The notes under the pieces were generated by a model. The model was given only the letters and a program-made list of their open reading frames with translations. It was not told where the DNA came from and did no database searches. From Terriglobia bacterium (GTDB taxonomy: Bacteria > Acidobacteriota > Terriglobia > 2-12-FULL-54-10), in assembly GCA_963666975.2 (NCBI GenBank), contig CAXVYR010000002.1:96001-160000 (forward strand): a stretch of 64,000 bases of DNA, in the 5' to 3' direction. The translations under genes were made by a program, and so were the position numbers. Positions 28,679 to 38,473 of the stretch are shown piece after piece; positions within the stretch are counted from its first letter, which is position 1, and each line of letters opens with the position of its first letter.

Positions 28679-29224
28679 TCAAAACAAGGACTCCTGCATC
28701 CGGAGGTATGCATTCCGCTGCATCCCCTGCAAGTCTCGCTTCACCAGATGCAGGCCAAAAACACAGGTCTCAAATTGCTCGGACATTTTCTTGAACAAGG
28801 GAGCGCTGCTGCGATACTCGAATTGATTGAATGCCGAGACAATATAGTAGGACTCCTTCCCGGCCTTCACATAGTCCACCACGGCATCGAGCCGCTGCCG
28901 CCGCAGCCGCCATCGATTGATGGCTTCGGGAAACAACCCCGCAAAAAAGAGCGTGTAGTCACCGATGTGCTTCCGCACCTCCCTCTCGCGGTCAAAGGAT
29001 GGGGCATCAAAAAGCGGGTTGGAGGCCAGCAGCATCTCGCCGACATCTTCCAACAGCTTGCCCTGAGTGTCCCGGATGCAGTACAGATTCTCGAATTGGC
29101 TGAACTGGGTCAGAAGATTGGAAACGTATGCGGTGATCTCGGAGTCGGATACTCTTAATGCCTCCCCAAAACTCCGGTCGACCAATTCTTCGAAAAGCTC
29201 TTTTAACGTTTGCTTCGGCAACAT
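28679..29224 (-). CDS. Conserved hypothetical protein
   Basis: GAGGAG RBS; REVRKHIGDYTLFFAGLFPE and DYVKAGKESYYIVS look like a conserved family. Confidence 0.75.
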   Translation of the reverse strand: MLPKQTLKELFEELVDRSFGEALRVSDSEITAYVSNLLTQFSQFENLYCIRDTQGKLLEDVGEMLLASNPLFDAPSFDREREVRKHIGDYTLFFAGLFPEAINRWRLRRQRLDAVVDYVKAGKESYYIVSAFNQFEYRSSAPLFKKMSEQFETCVFGLHLVKRDLQGMQRNAYLRMQESLF

Positions 29225-29420
29225 GAAAGGCTCCTCTCTCTCGGTGCATTTCAATACCCACCACCACGGGGAGAACTCTGGGCAGAATGCGCTCCTACCT
29301 GCTTCCGATGCGCTGCTCCCCGCCAGGGCTGTCCAGCATCTGAACAAAACCCTGTCCGCTTCTTATTAGTTAATCGGCTAAATCGCAGAACTCCTATAGG
29401 CTACTCTCCCGGCTTAACTT

Positions 29421-29770
29421 GGGGCTGTCCTAGCTAAGGGTGGCCAGCTTGAAGCGCCATTCGCACTCCTTCAGGAAGAGGTGATGCCGCTTTGCCTTCC
29501 AGAAGTTCTCGATCCCATTGATGTGGTTCCGTTCGTCGACGAACCGTTCCGAGTGGTTGATCCGAACATGGTGGAAGTCCGACACATCCAGAGCATCGTA
29601 GCTCGAAAAGCCATCCGTGTAGACGATGCTGTCGGGCAGGCTCCATGACTCAACGTGTCCGTACGGGCATTGGGGATCATCACCGTGTAGACCCTTCCTC
29701 CACGCTTCAAAAGCCCGAAAACCGGGACTTTCCAGCACCACGACCGCGCTTGCCCTTGCGGCGACCACCA
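29421..29770 (-). mobile_element. Degraded IS1595-family (IS1016/ISXO2-like) transposase remnant
   Basis: RGKRGRGAGKVPVFGLLKRGGRVYT, then a frameshift, then PDSIVYTD...RINH...NHINGIENFW...LKECEWRF. Terminus GGGGCTGTCCTAG at 29421. Confidence 0.8.
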
Positions 29771-29927
29771 GGACTTAGCGCTTTCCCCTGCCCCGGTGTC
29801 ACCGGAAATGGAGCAAATTCTGTATTACTTTTTGCAGCTATAGATTAGTTCGGAAGAATTGTGTTTGAGAGAACCTTGAATAGCAAAAGGCAAGAAAGAG
29901 AACAAAACATTCCAGGCCAACTGAGGC

Positions 29928-30785
29928 TTAAGGCCGCACTACATCTCCTGGAGGAGCGCTGGTGCCGTCCTCGCCCGGGGGAGGGGCTGGCTCGTTGGAA
30001 CCGGCGTCCCCTCCGGAAGACCCGGCGCCGGCGGTGGAGCCACCCGAAGAACCGGAGGGTGTTCCAGAGCCTCCCCCAGAACCGCCTTTTGATTTGCCGC
30101 CCAGGCCATCCACCCGGGCGATTGTCTCGCTGGCAAACTTGACGATGCGCCCGACCACCGCCAGAGGTATCGTCTTGTTTGCGGCCGTCAGCGGCGCGCT
30201 CTGAATAACTTGCAAACTCTGTCCCGACTCGACCAGAACATCACCGCCCGGCAACAGGCGATGGCGGACCAGGACCGATCCAGTCTCCACGTAGACCAAG
30301 GTATCTTCCGCCAAATCCACCTCAACCTCCAATACCGTCCCGCGAACGGTGATTACGGCCGTCGGAGAAGTGACGCGATAGGTTTCATCATCATTGACTA
30401 AACGCTGAATGTGGAGGCGGACCTTGCCCAGATAGAGGTCCAGCAGGTCGTGCAAGTTGAAGCGATCGGCGCGGAAAACCAGACGCGAATCGGGGAAAAC
30501 CTCAATCGTGCTGTGATCGGATAATTCCAGCTTCGCGTAGCCGTCCGGGCCGGTGACCACCACCTGGCCGGCTTTGACGGTTTGTTCCGGCATCAGAACC
30601 CAAAGGTCTCCCGCTCGCTCAACAGACACGCGGCCGGTCAGCGTCAGGACACGGGCCGTCTCCGAACCCAGTTGCGCCTGCAAAGAGGTTGCGCCCGCGC
30701 TTAGAAAAACACCCAACATCAGCAGGGTATGCCAGCGCAGGAGCTTCCGTAGCGTTGTTGGTCCTGTTCCGCTTCTCATCTTCAT
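29928..30785 (-). CDS. Exported FecR-domain protein
   Basis: Signal peptide, VTGPDG.A.L..SD.S, L..GKV and SPTAVITVRGT...V..GSV.V; Gly/Ser-rich tail. Confidence 0.8.
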   Translation of the reverse strand: MKMRSGTGPTTLRKLLRWHTLLMLGVFLSAGATSLQAQLGSETARVLTLTGRVSVERAGDLWVLMPEQTVKAGQVVVTGPDGYAKLELSDHSTIEVFPDSRLVFRADRFNLHDLLDLYLGKVRLHIQRLVNDDETYRVTSPTAVITVRGTVLEVEVDLAEDTLVYVETGSVLVRHRLLPGGDVLVESGQSLQVIQSAPLTAANKTIPLAVVGRIVKFASETIARVDGLGGKSKGGSGGGSGTPSGSSGGSTAGAGSSGGDAGSNEPAPPPGEDGTSAPPGDVVRP

Positions 30786-30961
30786 TCCGTCCGGTCCATG
30801 CCAATTCCTAAATGCTTCGGTTCTTAGACCTTTCCCATTATTTGTGAATCTACCAAAGCTTGCCAGAAAGCACAAATAGTTTGTCGTTTTATCGTTGGAA
30901 AGTTCTACGGAACGAGACGAAAAAAGCAGCAATGAGGAAAGCGTTTCCGGGAAGGGGTTCT

Positions 30962-31156
30962 TCAGCGCGGGCGGCGAAAAGTGAACGCCAGCAAGCCGTA
31001 GAGGGCCAGGCAAATCCAGAAGTCCACCACCAGTCCTAAGTCTATCTGGCTGGGACGATGACGGGCGGCAGGCGGCAAATAAGGAAGCAAAACAATAAAG
31101 TAGAGCAAATTGCCCCCTAGGACAGCCAGCAAGGTTTTCCAGTAGCGTCGCAACAC
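30962..31156 (-). CDS. Small two-helix membrane protein
   Basis: Two hydrophobic segments flanking LPPAARH...IDLGLVVDFW. Confidence 0.6.
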   Translation of the reverse strand: MLRRYWKTLLAVLGGNLLYFIVLLPYLPPAARHRPSQIDLGLVVDFWICLALYGLLAFTFRRPR

Positions 31157-31398
31157 AATGGACCACGCAACACAAGAACCAGCAACACAAGAACCAATAG
31201 TTACCGGCAGCGGCAGGAAAATCCAGAATGGATTCCTGCCGACCCCCTCCGCCCCGGAAATTCAGCGGAACACTTCCCCGCACCCGCATCCTTCCCTGCC
31301 CCAGGAAACCATTATTCCCGATGGCACTATCAAGAGGCAGCGAACACCCGCCTATTTTAACGTGTTGCATTGCTCCTTGTCTTTCGCCGTTCTGCCTT

Positions 31399-31450
31399 GC
31401 GGCTGCTCTGCATCGCGGCTGCCCTGCATCGCGGCTGCCCTGCATCGCGG
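31399..31450. repeat. 16-bp tandem repeat x3
   Basis: GCGGCTGC(T/C)CTGCATC x3 upstream of moaD-moaE. Confidence 0.8.
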
Positions 31451-31510
31451 ATTGTTACCAACCGGCGAGGCGAAAAGAGCTACAATAAAAAAACAACGGA
31501 CAGGGATTGC

Positions 31511-32302
31511 ATGATGCGGGTTAAAGTGCTCTTTTTCGGGATGCTGAAGGATATCGTCGGCCAGACAGAGGATCAAGTGATCCTGGAAGAGGGCGCCAGC
31601 ATCGGCCAACTTTATGAAAGCTACGCCGCCCGGCTTCCCCGGCTGGCCGCGCATTCCTCCAGCATTCTTTTTTCCAGAAACCGGGTATTTGCCGGCCGGA
31701 GCGAGCCCTTACAGGAGGGAGATGAGGTAGCCTTCCTGCCTCCGGTCAGCGGAGGCGCGCCGGGCCGCGCGGAAGATTCCGAAGGAGACAGCGAACCGGA
31801 GACCGTGCACCGGCTGACCAGGGAGCCGATCGACAGCCGCGCCCTGGTGGAGGAGTTGAAACGGGGAAAGGACGGGGCGGTGGTGGTCTTTGAAGGCATC
31901 GTGCGCAACCATTCCAGAGACCCGTCCAGAGACCCGTCCAGAGACCAGAAGTCCGGAGACCGGGCAACCCTCTATCTGGAGTACGAATCCTATGAACCGA
32001 TGGCGCTCGAGAAAATGCGCGAAATCACCGCCGAGGTGAAGCGGGATTTTCCGGTGGACCGGGTCGGCATTGTCCACCGCCTGGGCCGCCTGGAAATTGG
32101 AGAAGCCAGCGTGGTGATTGTAGTCACCTCCGGGCACAGGCGCGAGGCCTTCGAAGCCTGCCGTTACACAATTGACCGCCTGAAGCGGATTGTTCCGATC
32201 TGGAAGAAGGAGTTTTTTGCAGACGGCGCCGTTTGGGTGGAAGGGGAACAGGCCAATTGCGAAACAAGCCGTGAAGCAGTATCTAAACCGGGAAAACCTT
32301 AA
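31511..32302 (+). CDS. moaE: Fused molybdopterin synthase MoaD-MoaE
   Basis: MRVKVLFFG...EVAFLPPVSGG (MoaD), a linker, then GAVVVFEGIVRN, LEYESYEPMA, HRLG and LK..VPIWKKE (MoaE). Confidence 0.92.
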   Translation: MMRVKVLFFGMLKDIVGQTEDQVILEEGASIGQLYESYAARLPRLAAHSSSILFSRNRVFAGRSEPLQEGDEVAFLPPVSGGAPGRAEDSEGDSEPETVHRLTREPIDSRALVEELKRGKDGAVVVFEGIVRNHSRDPSRDPSRDQKSGDRATLYLEYESYEPMALEKMREITAEVKRDFPVDRVGIVHRLGRLEIGEASVVIVVTSGHRREAFEACRYTIDRLKRIVPIWKKEFFADGAVWVEGEQANCETSREAVSKPGKP

Positions 32303-32387
32303 CAGCCGTATTCGGGCAAGCCGGCTCCGAACCGGCGGCGCAGATGAGAAGTTTGCCTGCTACTCCAACGAGGAATCTGAAATCAAA

Positions 32388-33410
32388 ATGGAGATCAGTG
32401 TAATCGCCGCGCCTGCCATGCGACGGCAGACAAGTGACTGCATCCGCCGGCAACTCCCCGGCATGGGGCTGTGCCTTTCCCTGTTTCTCTGCCTCCCCGC
32501 CATGAACCTGCTGGCTGCTCCAGCGCAGGACGGGTCAGTCCTGTTCAAGGCGGACGTTCGGCTCGTCCACGTGATGGCGACAGTCCGCGATAGCAAGGGC
32601 CGGCTGGTGGGAAATCTTCGGAAAGAAGATTTTGAGATCACCGAGCAGGGCGAGAGCCAGCGGATTGCGGTCTTTCAGCGGGAATCGGATTTGAGTCTCT
32701 CGATAGCCCTGTTGATGGATGCCAGCCTCAGCACCGCCAAGGAATTGGAGTTTGAAACGGCCTCCGCCGTCGGCTTTCTGGGAAGTGTTTTAGGTCCTTC
32801 GGATCGGGCCGTCGTTTACCGGTTTGCCTACGATGTACAAAAGCTCACCCGCTACTCGGCTAACCTGAAAATCTTGGAAGAGGCCATCCGGGGAATCCGG
32901 CCTTCCAGCGGAACCTCTCTGTATGACGCCCTCTACCTGGCCTCCAGAGAACTGCGAAAGCGGGAAGGACGCAAGGCCATCGTCGTGATTACCGACGGCG
33001 GAGATACTACCAGCGGGCAGGGATTTCATGAGGCGCTCCGCGCCGTCCATCTGGCCGACGCGGCCCTCTATAGCATCGCGGTGATCCCCATACCCGGCGA
33101 ATCGGGGCGCAATACGGGAGGAGAACACGCGCTCATCAGCCTTTCGCAAGCAACCGGAGGAGCGTTTTATTCCCAATACTCGGCGACCAACCTGGACGCC
33201 GTCTTTGCCCGGATTGAAGAGGAGTTGCGAACGCAGTATGTGCTGGGTTACTACCCATCGCGGCCCGCGCCGAGGGGGCGAAATCGCCGGGGCCCGGAGG
33301 AACCACAATTTATTCCCATCGAAGTGAGAGCAAAGAATCCTTCCTTTGCCGTGAAGACGCGAAAAGGGTATTATGCGGGAGGCGCATCCGCGCCAGTGGA
33401 ATACAAATGA
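32388..33410 (+). CDS. Acidobacterial VWA-domain protein
   Basis: FKADVRLV.V..TVRD, DASLS MIDAS, TSLYDA, ITDGGD and ELRTQYVLGYYP. Confidence 0.88.
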   Translation: MEISVIAAPAMRRQTSDCIRRQLPGMGLCLSLFLCLPAMNLLAAPAQDGSVLFKADVRLVHVMATVRDSKGRLVGNLRKEDFEITEQGESQRIAVFQRESDLSLSIALLMDASLSTAKELEFETASAVGFLGSVLGPSDRAVVYRFAYDVQKLTRYSANLKILEEAIRGIRPSSGTSLYDALYLASRELRKREGRKAIVVITDGGDTTSGQGFHEALRAVHLADAALYSIAVIPIPGESGRNTGGEHALISLSQATGGAFYSQYSATNLDAVFARIEEELRTQYVLGYYPSRPAPRGRNRRGPEEPQFIPIEVRAKNPSFAVKTRKGYYAGGASAPVEYK

Positions 33411-33667
33411 GATTTCAACCGGACAATTTCCGCGGCGATAATCGAGAGCGCCAGGAGGCTCCCTCGGATCGCGCAGCCGGGCGCGAGGTGGAATATTTGC
33501 GCCATCTGGCGAAGGAGCAAACTCCCGTGGTGGTCCATTTGCGCACAGGAGAAGTCTTTCGGGGATTTGTGGAATACTACGATCGCCGGTTCATTCGCTT
33601 GACGCGCCAAAGCGAGCCGAACGTGTTTATCTTCAAGCAAGATATCAAGTATATGTGCGAGGAATAG
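33407..33667 (+). CDS. Hfq/Sm-like RNA-binding protein
   Basis: YL......TPVVVHL.TGE...G.VEYYD...I.L......FIFK.DI matches the Sm1/Sm2 layout of Hfq. Confidence 0.7.
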   Translation: MRFQPDNFRGDNRERQEAPSDRAAGREVEYLRHLAKEQTPVVVHLRTGEVFRGFVEYYDRRFIRLTRQSEPNVFIFKQDIKYMCEE

Positions 33668-33801
33668 TCCTCGCATCTCCTGCCGGAACCGTTCCGCGAC
33701 ACTCTTTTGCCTTACCCCGCCGGAATCGGGCGCGCAAATTGGGCTGGACTCGAACCCGTCCGAGGGCAGGACAAAACCGCAAAAGCATGGAAGGCAGAAA
33801 A

Positions 33802-34620
33802 ATGTCAGAGTTCTTTGAAGCCGCCGCCGCCATAGCTCGCGAGGCGGGTGCGCTGCTGCTTCCTTTTTACCACCGCCGTGTGCGGGTGGAGTACAAAGGA
33901 GAGGTTGACTTGGTAACGGAAGCGGACCGCGCTTCCGAGGCCCTGATTGTGGAGAAACTGCAATCGCATTTTCCGGACCACGCTCTGGTGGCCGAGGAGG
34001 GCAGCGAGCGTTCAGGCAATTCCGGTTACTGTTGGTACGTGGACCCTCTGGACGGCACCACGAACTTTGCGCACAGCTTTCCCATGTTCTGTGTCTCCCT
34101 GGCCTTGGAGCGAGATGGAGAACCGGTGCTGGGCATCGTTTACGATCCGCTGCGCGACGAGCTATTTTCGGCTGAGAAGGGCGGCGGCGCGCGCCTGAAC
34201 AACAAGGAAATCCATGTTTCCGGCGTGAGTCGCCTGGAAGAAGCCCTGGTGGCTACGGGCTTTCCCAGCCGGAACCGGCATAAGAACGCCAACATTCATT
34301 TTTATCACCAGATCAGTATGCGCTCCCACGGGGCGCGCCGGACCGGCTCGGCGGCACTGGATCTGGCCTACGTCGCGGCGGGCCGACTGGATGCTTTCTG
34401 GGAGTTCAGCCTGCATTCCTGGGATGTAGCTGCAGGCAGGTTGCTGGTCCAAGAGGCCGGCGGACGCCTCACCGACATGAAGGGCCAAGCTCACCGGCTG
34501 GACAGCCACAGCATCGCCGCCAGCAATCTGCTCCTTCACGGCCAGTTGCTCGAAGCATTTCAAGAAATTTTTTCGGGGAATTACCGCGCCGAGCTGCCCC
34601 CCATCGGGCAGCATCCCTGA
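33802..34620 (+). CDS. suhB: Inositol monophosphatase family protein
   Basis: DLVTEAD, WYVDPLDGTTNF, GSAALDL and WDVAAG. Confidence 0.92.
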   Translation: MSEFFEAAAAIAREAGALLLPFYHRRVRVEYKGEVDLVTEADRASEALIVEKLQSHFPDHALVAEEGSERSGNSGYCWYVDPLDGTTNFAHSFPMFCVSLALERDGEPVLGIVYDPLRDELFSAEKGGGARLNNKEIHVSGVSRLEEALVATGFPSRNRHKNANIHFYHQISMRSHGARRTGSAALDLAYVAAGRLDAFWEFSLHSWDVAAGRLLVQEAGGRLTDMKGQAHRLDSHSIAASNLLLHGQLLEAFQEIFSGNYRAELPPIGQHP

Positions 34621-34654
34621 CGGGCCGGCGTGAAAAGGAACCGGAGCCGCGCGG

Positions 34655-35080
34655 CTATTGCACCACACCCGGCTCCTCATCCTCGCCCCAATCGGACGGA
34701 AGCGGGGAGGCATGGTGATGCACAACGTACCAGTTGCCGTTGCGCCGCTCGAAGATGTTGGTGCTCTGCACATGGGCGGAGTCGAAGCGGCCTTCGGCGG
34801 CGCTGTAGATTTTCTCCGTACAACAAACCCATGCCATTGAGTTCTCCACGCGAATAGACTGCAAGGCGACGGCAATGCGCATGAAAGTGGTGTTTTCAAA
34901 TATGTGCTGCCAGCTTTCCCGCACCGCTTCCCAGCCCTCGAGCAGGTCCCAGCCCGGGTGAACGCATCGCACCCAATCTTCCAGAAGCCACACGGCCTCC
35001 ATCTCCTTCAGGCTTAGGTTTTGGAGAGCGCTATAAAAACTTTGGTTGGATTCCAGGACTTTTTCTTCCTCGCTTGTCAT
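34655..35080 (-). CDS. NTF2/SnoaL-like protein
   Basis: N..FY.A, CVHPGW..L.GW..VRESW and TNIF....W..VHHHAS. Confidence 0.85.
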   Translation of the reverse strand: MTSEEEKVLESNQSFYSALQNLSLKEMEAVWLLEDWVRCVHPGWDLLEGWEAVRESWQHIFENTTFMRIAVALQSIRVENSMAWVCCTEKIYSAAEGRFDSAHVQSTNIFERRNGNWYVVHHHASPLPSDWGEDEEPGVVQ

Positions 35081-35259
35081 GAGAGCCACAGTGCTGCCTT
35101 TAGGATAAGATTTCCAGCGCGCATTATAGCATCACGCCCGTATCTGTTGACACTACAACCGAGCCACTGCCCGTGAAAAAAGTACCTTGGAACAACGCAA
35201 CCCAAGACGGAGCAACGGGGTTTATAATACTCAGAGGCGAGACTCTGCCGGGAGGCTTT

Positions 35260-36030
35260 ATGAAAACAGGAATCTGCTTGATTCTGTTGGTGGCGCTGGG
35301 ATGGCAAGGACAAGAACAAGGATGGCTGCGGGCTGAACAGGCATCCGTGCCGGAGAACTACGTCGTGGCGAAAGGCACCCGCATTCCCCTCGTCATGGTG
35401 AACAGTGTCAGCACGAAAACTTCCCGCGTGGGCGATCGCGTTTACCTGCAAACCTCTTTCCCGATTGCCGCCAACGGCCGCATCGTGATCCCGGAGGGCA
35501 GCTATGTGACGGGGACAATTACCCAGGTCAAGCGGCCGGGCCGAGTCAAGGGAAAGGGCGAACTGTATCTTCGTTTCGATACGCTGATGCTTCGCAATGG
35601 AGTGCAGCGGGACTTTAGCGGCACGGTGAGCGGCCTGGATGGCGCAGGCGAGAACACCCTGAGCGGTGAAGAAGGCAAGATCGAGGGTGCAGCAAGCAAG
35701 GGCAAAGATGCCGGGACGGTAGCCCAGCCGGCTGCCACGGGCGCCACGATTGGAGCGATTGCCGGCAACTCCGGAAAGGGGGCTGCCATCGGAGGCGGCG
35801 TCGGCGCGGCTGCGGGCCTGGGAGCCGTGTTGCTGACCCGGGGGCCAGAGGTAAGACTGCTGCGCGGAAGCGCCCTGGAGATGGAAATCAACCGCAATCT
35901 CTCTTTCACCAAAGATGAGGTGAACTTTCTGGGAAGCGCGCCGCCACCCCCGATTCCCAGGGCTCCGCGCGACGGGGGCGACACGTCGTCCCGGCCGAGA
36001 ATCCCTTCTCCTTTGGGCGGGGTCTTCTAG
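35260..36030 (+). CDS. Exported TrbI/VirB10-like beta-barrel protein with a glycine zipper
   Basis: Signal peptide, GT.I, S.KT..VGD, IP.GS.V.G, GRVKGKGEL.LRF and a GAAIGGG.GAA zipper. Confidence 0.7.
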   Translation: MKTGICLILLVALGWQGQEQGWLRAEQASVPENYVVAKGTRIPLVMVNSVSTKTSRVGDRVYLQTSFPIAANGRIVIPEGSYVTGTITQVKRPGRVKGKGELYLRFDTLMLRNGVQRDFSGTVSGLDGAGENTLSGEEGKIEGAASKGKDAGTVAQPAATGATIGAIAGNSGKGAAIGGGVGAAAGLGAVLLTRGPEVRLLRGSALEMEINRNLSFTKDEVNFLGSAPPPPIPRAPRDGGDTSSRPRIPSPLGGVF

Positions 36031-36188
36031 CAGCTTGTTGAAGAAAATGGCTTAGGAGAACTTTACGATTCCCTTCCGCATCCATTTCCCTGGGCTGGGA
36101 TAAGCCAAACCATCAAACCTTGGACGTTTCCCCCCTCGCATCTTCGTTGCGAATCGGCGCTGTGAACCCGAAGCGGTAAAGCACAGCC

Positions 36189-36217
36189 TTGACAACCCGT
36201 CCTGGTTTACAGACAAT
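36189..36217 (+). promoter_or_regulatory. Sigma70 promoter of tRNA-Gln
   Basis: TTGACA - 17 bp - GACAAT. Confidence 0.55.
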
Positions 36218-36268
36218 CGAATAGAATCAGTCCGGGGAAAGCTTTCCGGCGCTTGTCCCGCTCGATAC

Positions 36269-36342
36269 TGGGAGGTCGTCTAACGGCAAGACTGCGGGCT
36301 CTGGATCCGCCTATCAGGGTTCGAATCCCTGCCTCCCAGCCA
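36269..36342 (+). tRNA. tRNA-Gln (CTG)
   Basis: Acceptor stem TGGGAGG/CCTCCCA, anticodon arm GCGGG-CT CTG GA-TCCGC, GGTTCGAATCC T-arm and encoded CCA. Confidence 0.96.
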
Positions 36343-36479
36343 TATTTCTAACCGCTGTTTTCTCCATTCAGCCCTCCAAGGAGTCCAGCGCCAAGGCTCA
36401 CTGTCCACGGAAGCTCAAAAGGTAGCGGGCAGGCGGCCTCTTACCGACATCCCACGCGATCAACCGAACAACCATTCTA

Positions 36480-36572
36480 TTAACGAGGCCGTGAGATGCC
36501 CATTGCCTTCATGCGGGAGGCCAGCGTGGTGGGTTTGACGCCGAGCAGATTCGCGGCGCCGCCGGGACCAGA
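36480..36572 (-). pseudogene. C-terminal Fis-type HTH remnant of a sigma54 activator
   Basis: SGPGGAANLLGVKPTTLASRMKAMGI* with no AAA+ domain upstream. Confidence 0.65.
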
Positions 36573-36769
36573 TTTGCGGGGCGGCGTACGCAGAACAGGA
36601 AGGCGGGCTGCGCTTGCTGTTGGGGGAGACGGGGAGCGGCGGGAAACGTCCCGTCTGTCCTCGGTTTTCCCTGCTAGCACTTCACATCTCTGCTTGGTTA
36701 TGATATCGCTGCCCGACCAATGCTTTTGTCCACCTATCTTCTGGGACGTGAGGTTACAACTCGTCGATC

Positions 36770-36961
36770 ATGATAATCAAAAGCTTTCGAATCCAGAAGT
36801 ATCGAAACATAGAGGATTCCCGCGAAATCGAGTTGCTAGATAATTTGACCTGTGTTGTCGGTAAGAATCAGGCTGGGAAAACCGCTCTTCTACGTGCACT
36901 CCACAAGTTCAATCCGCATGAGCTGGACCCTTACGATATGCGACGCGAATGGCCCCGAGGC
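36770..36961 (+). pseudogene. N-terminal remnant of an OLD-family/AAA ATPase, cut by IS3
   Basis: MIIKSFRIQKYRNIEDS...VVGKNQAGKTALLRAL (Walker A); the frame is broken at the IS end. Confidence 0.75.
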
Positions 36962-37034
36962 TGTACGTCGTCAGATAATGTTGGACACAGAGCATAAAAA
37001 GATAAGGTGGCGTTCAGGCTCCTCTGGGTTGATG

Positions 37035-38063
37035 TTAGGCCGCCCATCTTTTAAAGTGCAACTGTTTTCTTAAGATCATAGTTTTTTCCTTGATGCGATT
37101 GCGTTTTTGCAGGATGGCGCTGTCTTGTCCTGTAAAAACGTCGTATGGTGTCAGGTTGTTCAGGCTTTCATGATATCTGATTGTGTTGTAGTGGTTGACG
37201 AAGGCATCGATCTGCCGCTCCAGCTCTTCTGGCAGGTAATAGTTGTTGAGCAGGATGCGGTCTTTCAGAGTTCGGTGCCAGCGTTCGATCTTGCCTTGCG
37301 TCATGGGGTGATAGGGTTTGCCGCGGGTATGCGGCACGCCGTTTTCTGCCAGCCATAACTGCAGCTCGGACGAGATGTAGCACGGCCCGTTGTCGCTCAG
37401 GAGGCGAGGTCTGTGCCGGGCGCCCACGCGGTCGAGGCCGGTGGCTTGCAAAGCATCCCGCAACGTGGCCGAGACGTCACTTGCGCTCATGGTTTTGCAC
37501 AGCCGCCAGGCGATGATATAGCGCGAGAAGTCGTCCAGCACCGTGGACAGGTAAAACCAGCCCCAACCCATAACTTTCAGGTAGGTGAAGTCGGTCTGCC
37601 AGAGCTGGTTGACCGCCGTGGTCGGGTTGGCAAACCGTTCCGCTGCTTTCAGGACAATAAAGGCTGGCGCGGTGATCAGGTCATGGCTTTTCAGGACGCG
37701 GTAAACCGTCGATTCCGAAAGGTAATACCGCCTTCCCTCGGTAAACCGCACCGCCAGCTCGCGTGGCGACAGATCGGGCTCGGCCAGGGCTAATGTCACC
37801 AACTGCTGAGTTATCTCCTCCGGCACCTTGTTCCAGACAGGGCCAGGATCGGGTTTTTTGTCTTCCAGCCCATCAAAGCCTTCCGACACATAGCGGTCGT
37901 ACCAGTTGTAAAACGTCGATCTGGGAATGCCAACCTGCTGCAGCGTCCGGCGCACCCCCAGGGCAGATTGCTCCACCGTGCAGATGATCTCCAGCTTCTC
38001 CGAGGCAGGGTATCTCATGTATGTTCCTCCCCATCCCCGATCACGCTTTTTTTTAGCAGGCAA
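37035..38063 (-). CDS. IS3 transposase OrfB (DDE integrase core), expressed by -1 frameshift
   Basis: WQTDFTY, LSDNG and GKIERWH. A8G slippery run at about 38046-38054. Confidence 0.9.
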   Translation of the reverse strand: MPAKKKRDRGWGGTYMRYPASEKLEIICTVEQSALGVRRTLQQVGIPRSTFYNWYDRYVSEGFDGLEDKKPDPGPVWNKVPEEITQQLVTLALAEPDLSPRELAVRFTEGRRYYLSESTVYRVLKSHDLITAPAFIVLKAAERFANPTTAVNQLWQTDFTYLKVMGWGWFYLSTVLDDFSRYIIAWRLCKTMSASDVSATLRDALQATGLDRVGARHRPRLLSDNGPCYISSELQLWLAENGVPHTRGKPYHPMTQGKIERWHRTLKDRILLNNYYLPEELERQIDAFVNHYNTIRYHESLNNLTPYDVFTGQDSAILQKRNRIKEKTMILRKQLHFKRWAA

Positions 38064-38386
38064 TTTTCCAGCATAGCCTCGGCCAGGGCCTCTTTCAGCT
38101 GTACGGCCTGCTCCCGCAGAGTCTTGACTTCGCCACTGGTTGCCTCACGGTCTATGTCGCCCGCCAGCCGCTTGCGGCCAGCCTCCAGAAACTCCTTGCT
38201 CCAGCGGTAATACTGGTTCTGGTGCAGCCCCTCGCGGCGGCACAGCTCCGCGATGCTGTCCTCGCCGCGAAGTCCCTGCAATACAATGCGGATTTTGTCT
38301 TCCGGGCTGAACCTGCGCCGCGTCCTGCGTTTGATCTCCCGGACGGCCTTCTCGACCGCCCCCCTGTCGTCTTGTTTTTGTCTCAT
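38015..38386 (-). CDS. IS3 transposase OrfA (HTH)
   Basis: RRRFSPEDKIRIVL.GLRGE.SIAELCRREG...YYRWSKEFLEAG. Confidence 0.9.
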   Translation of the reverse strand: MRQKQDDRGAVEKAVREIKRRTRRRFSPEDKIRIVLQGLRGEDSIAELCRREGLHQNQYYRWSKEFLEAGRKRLAGDIDREATSGEVKTLREQAVQLKEALAEAMLENCLLKKSVIGDGEEHT

Positions 38387-38473
38387 CTTCGTTCCTTTCA
38401 GTCTCTACGATGAGCCAAAAACATCACCTTAACTATTACCCTCTACCTGTCCAACAAGCCCTGACGGGGCACA

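Larger units (their letters stand above)
36962..38473 (-). mobile_element. IS3-family insertion sequence, 1512 bp
   Basis: 26-bp imperfect TIRs: TGTACGTCGTCAGATAATGTTGGACA and TGTGCCCCGTCAGGGCTTGTTGGACA (reverse complement). Contains orfA and orfB. Confidence 0.92.

Noticed and set aside
30786-31445. N-terminal extension of the 505-aa FecR ORF
   Set aside because: It runs through a separate small membrane gene and a tandem repeat; the signal peptide begins near 30785
36343-38473. Intact prophage or integrative element at tRNA-Gln
   Set aside because: No integrase, no phage genes and no duplicated tRNA 3' end seen in the window
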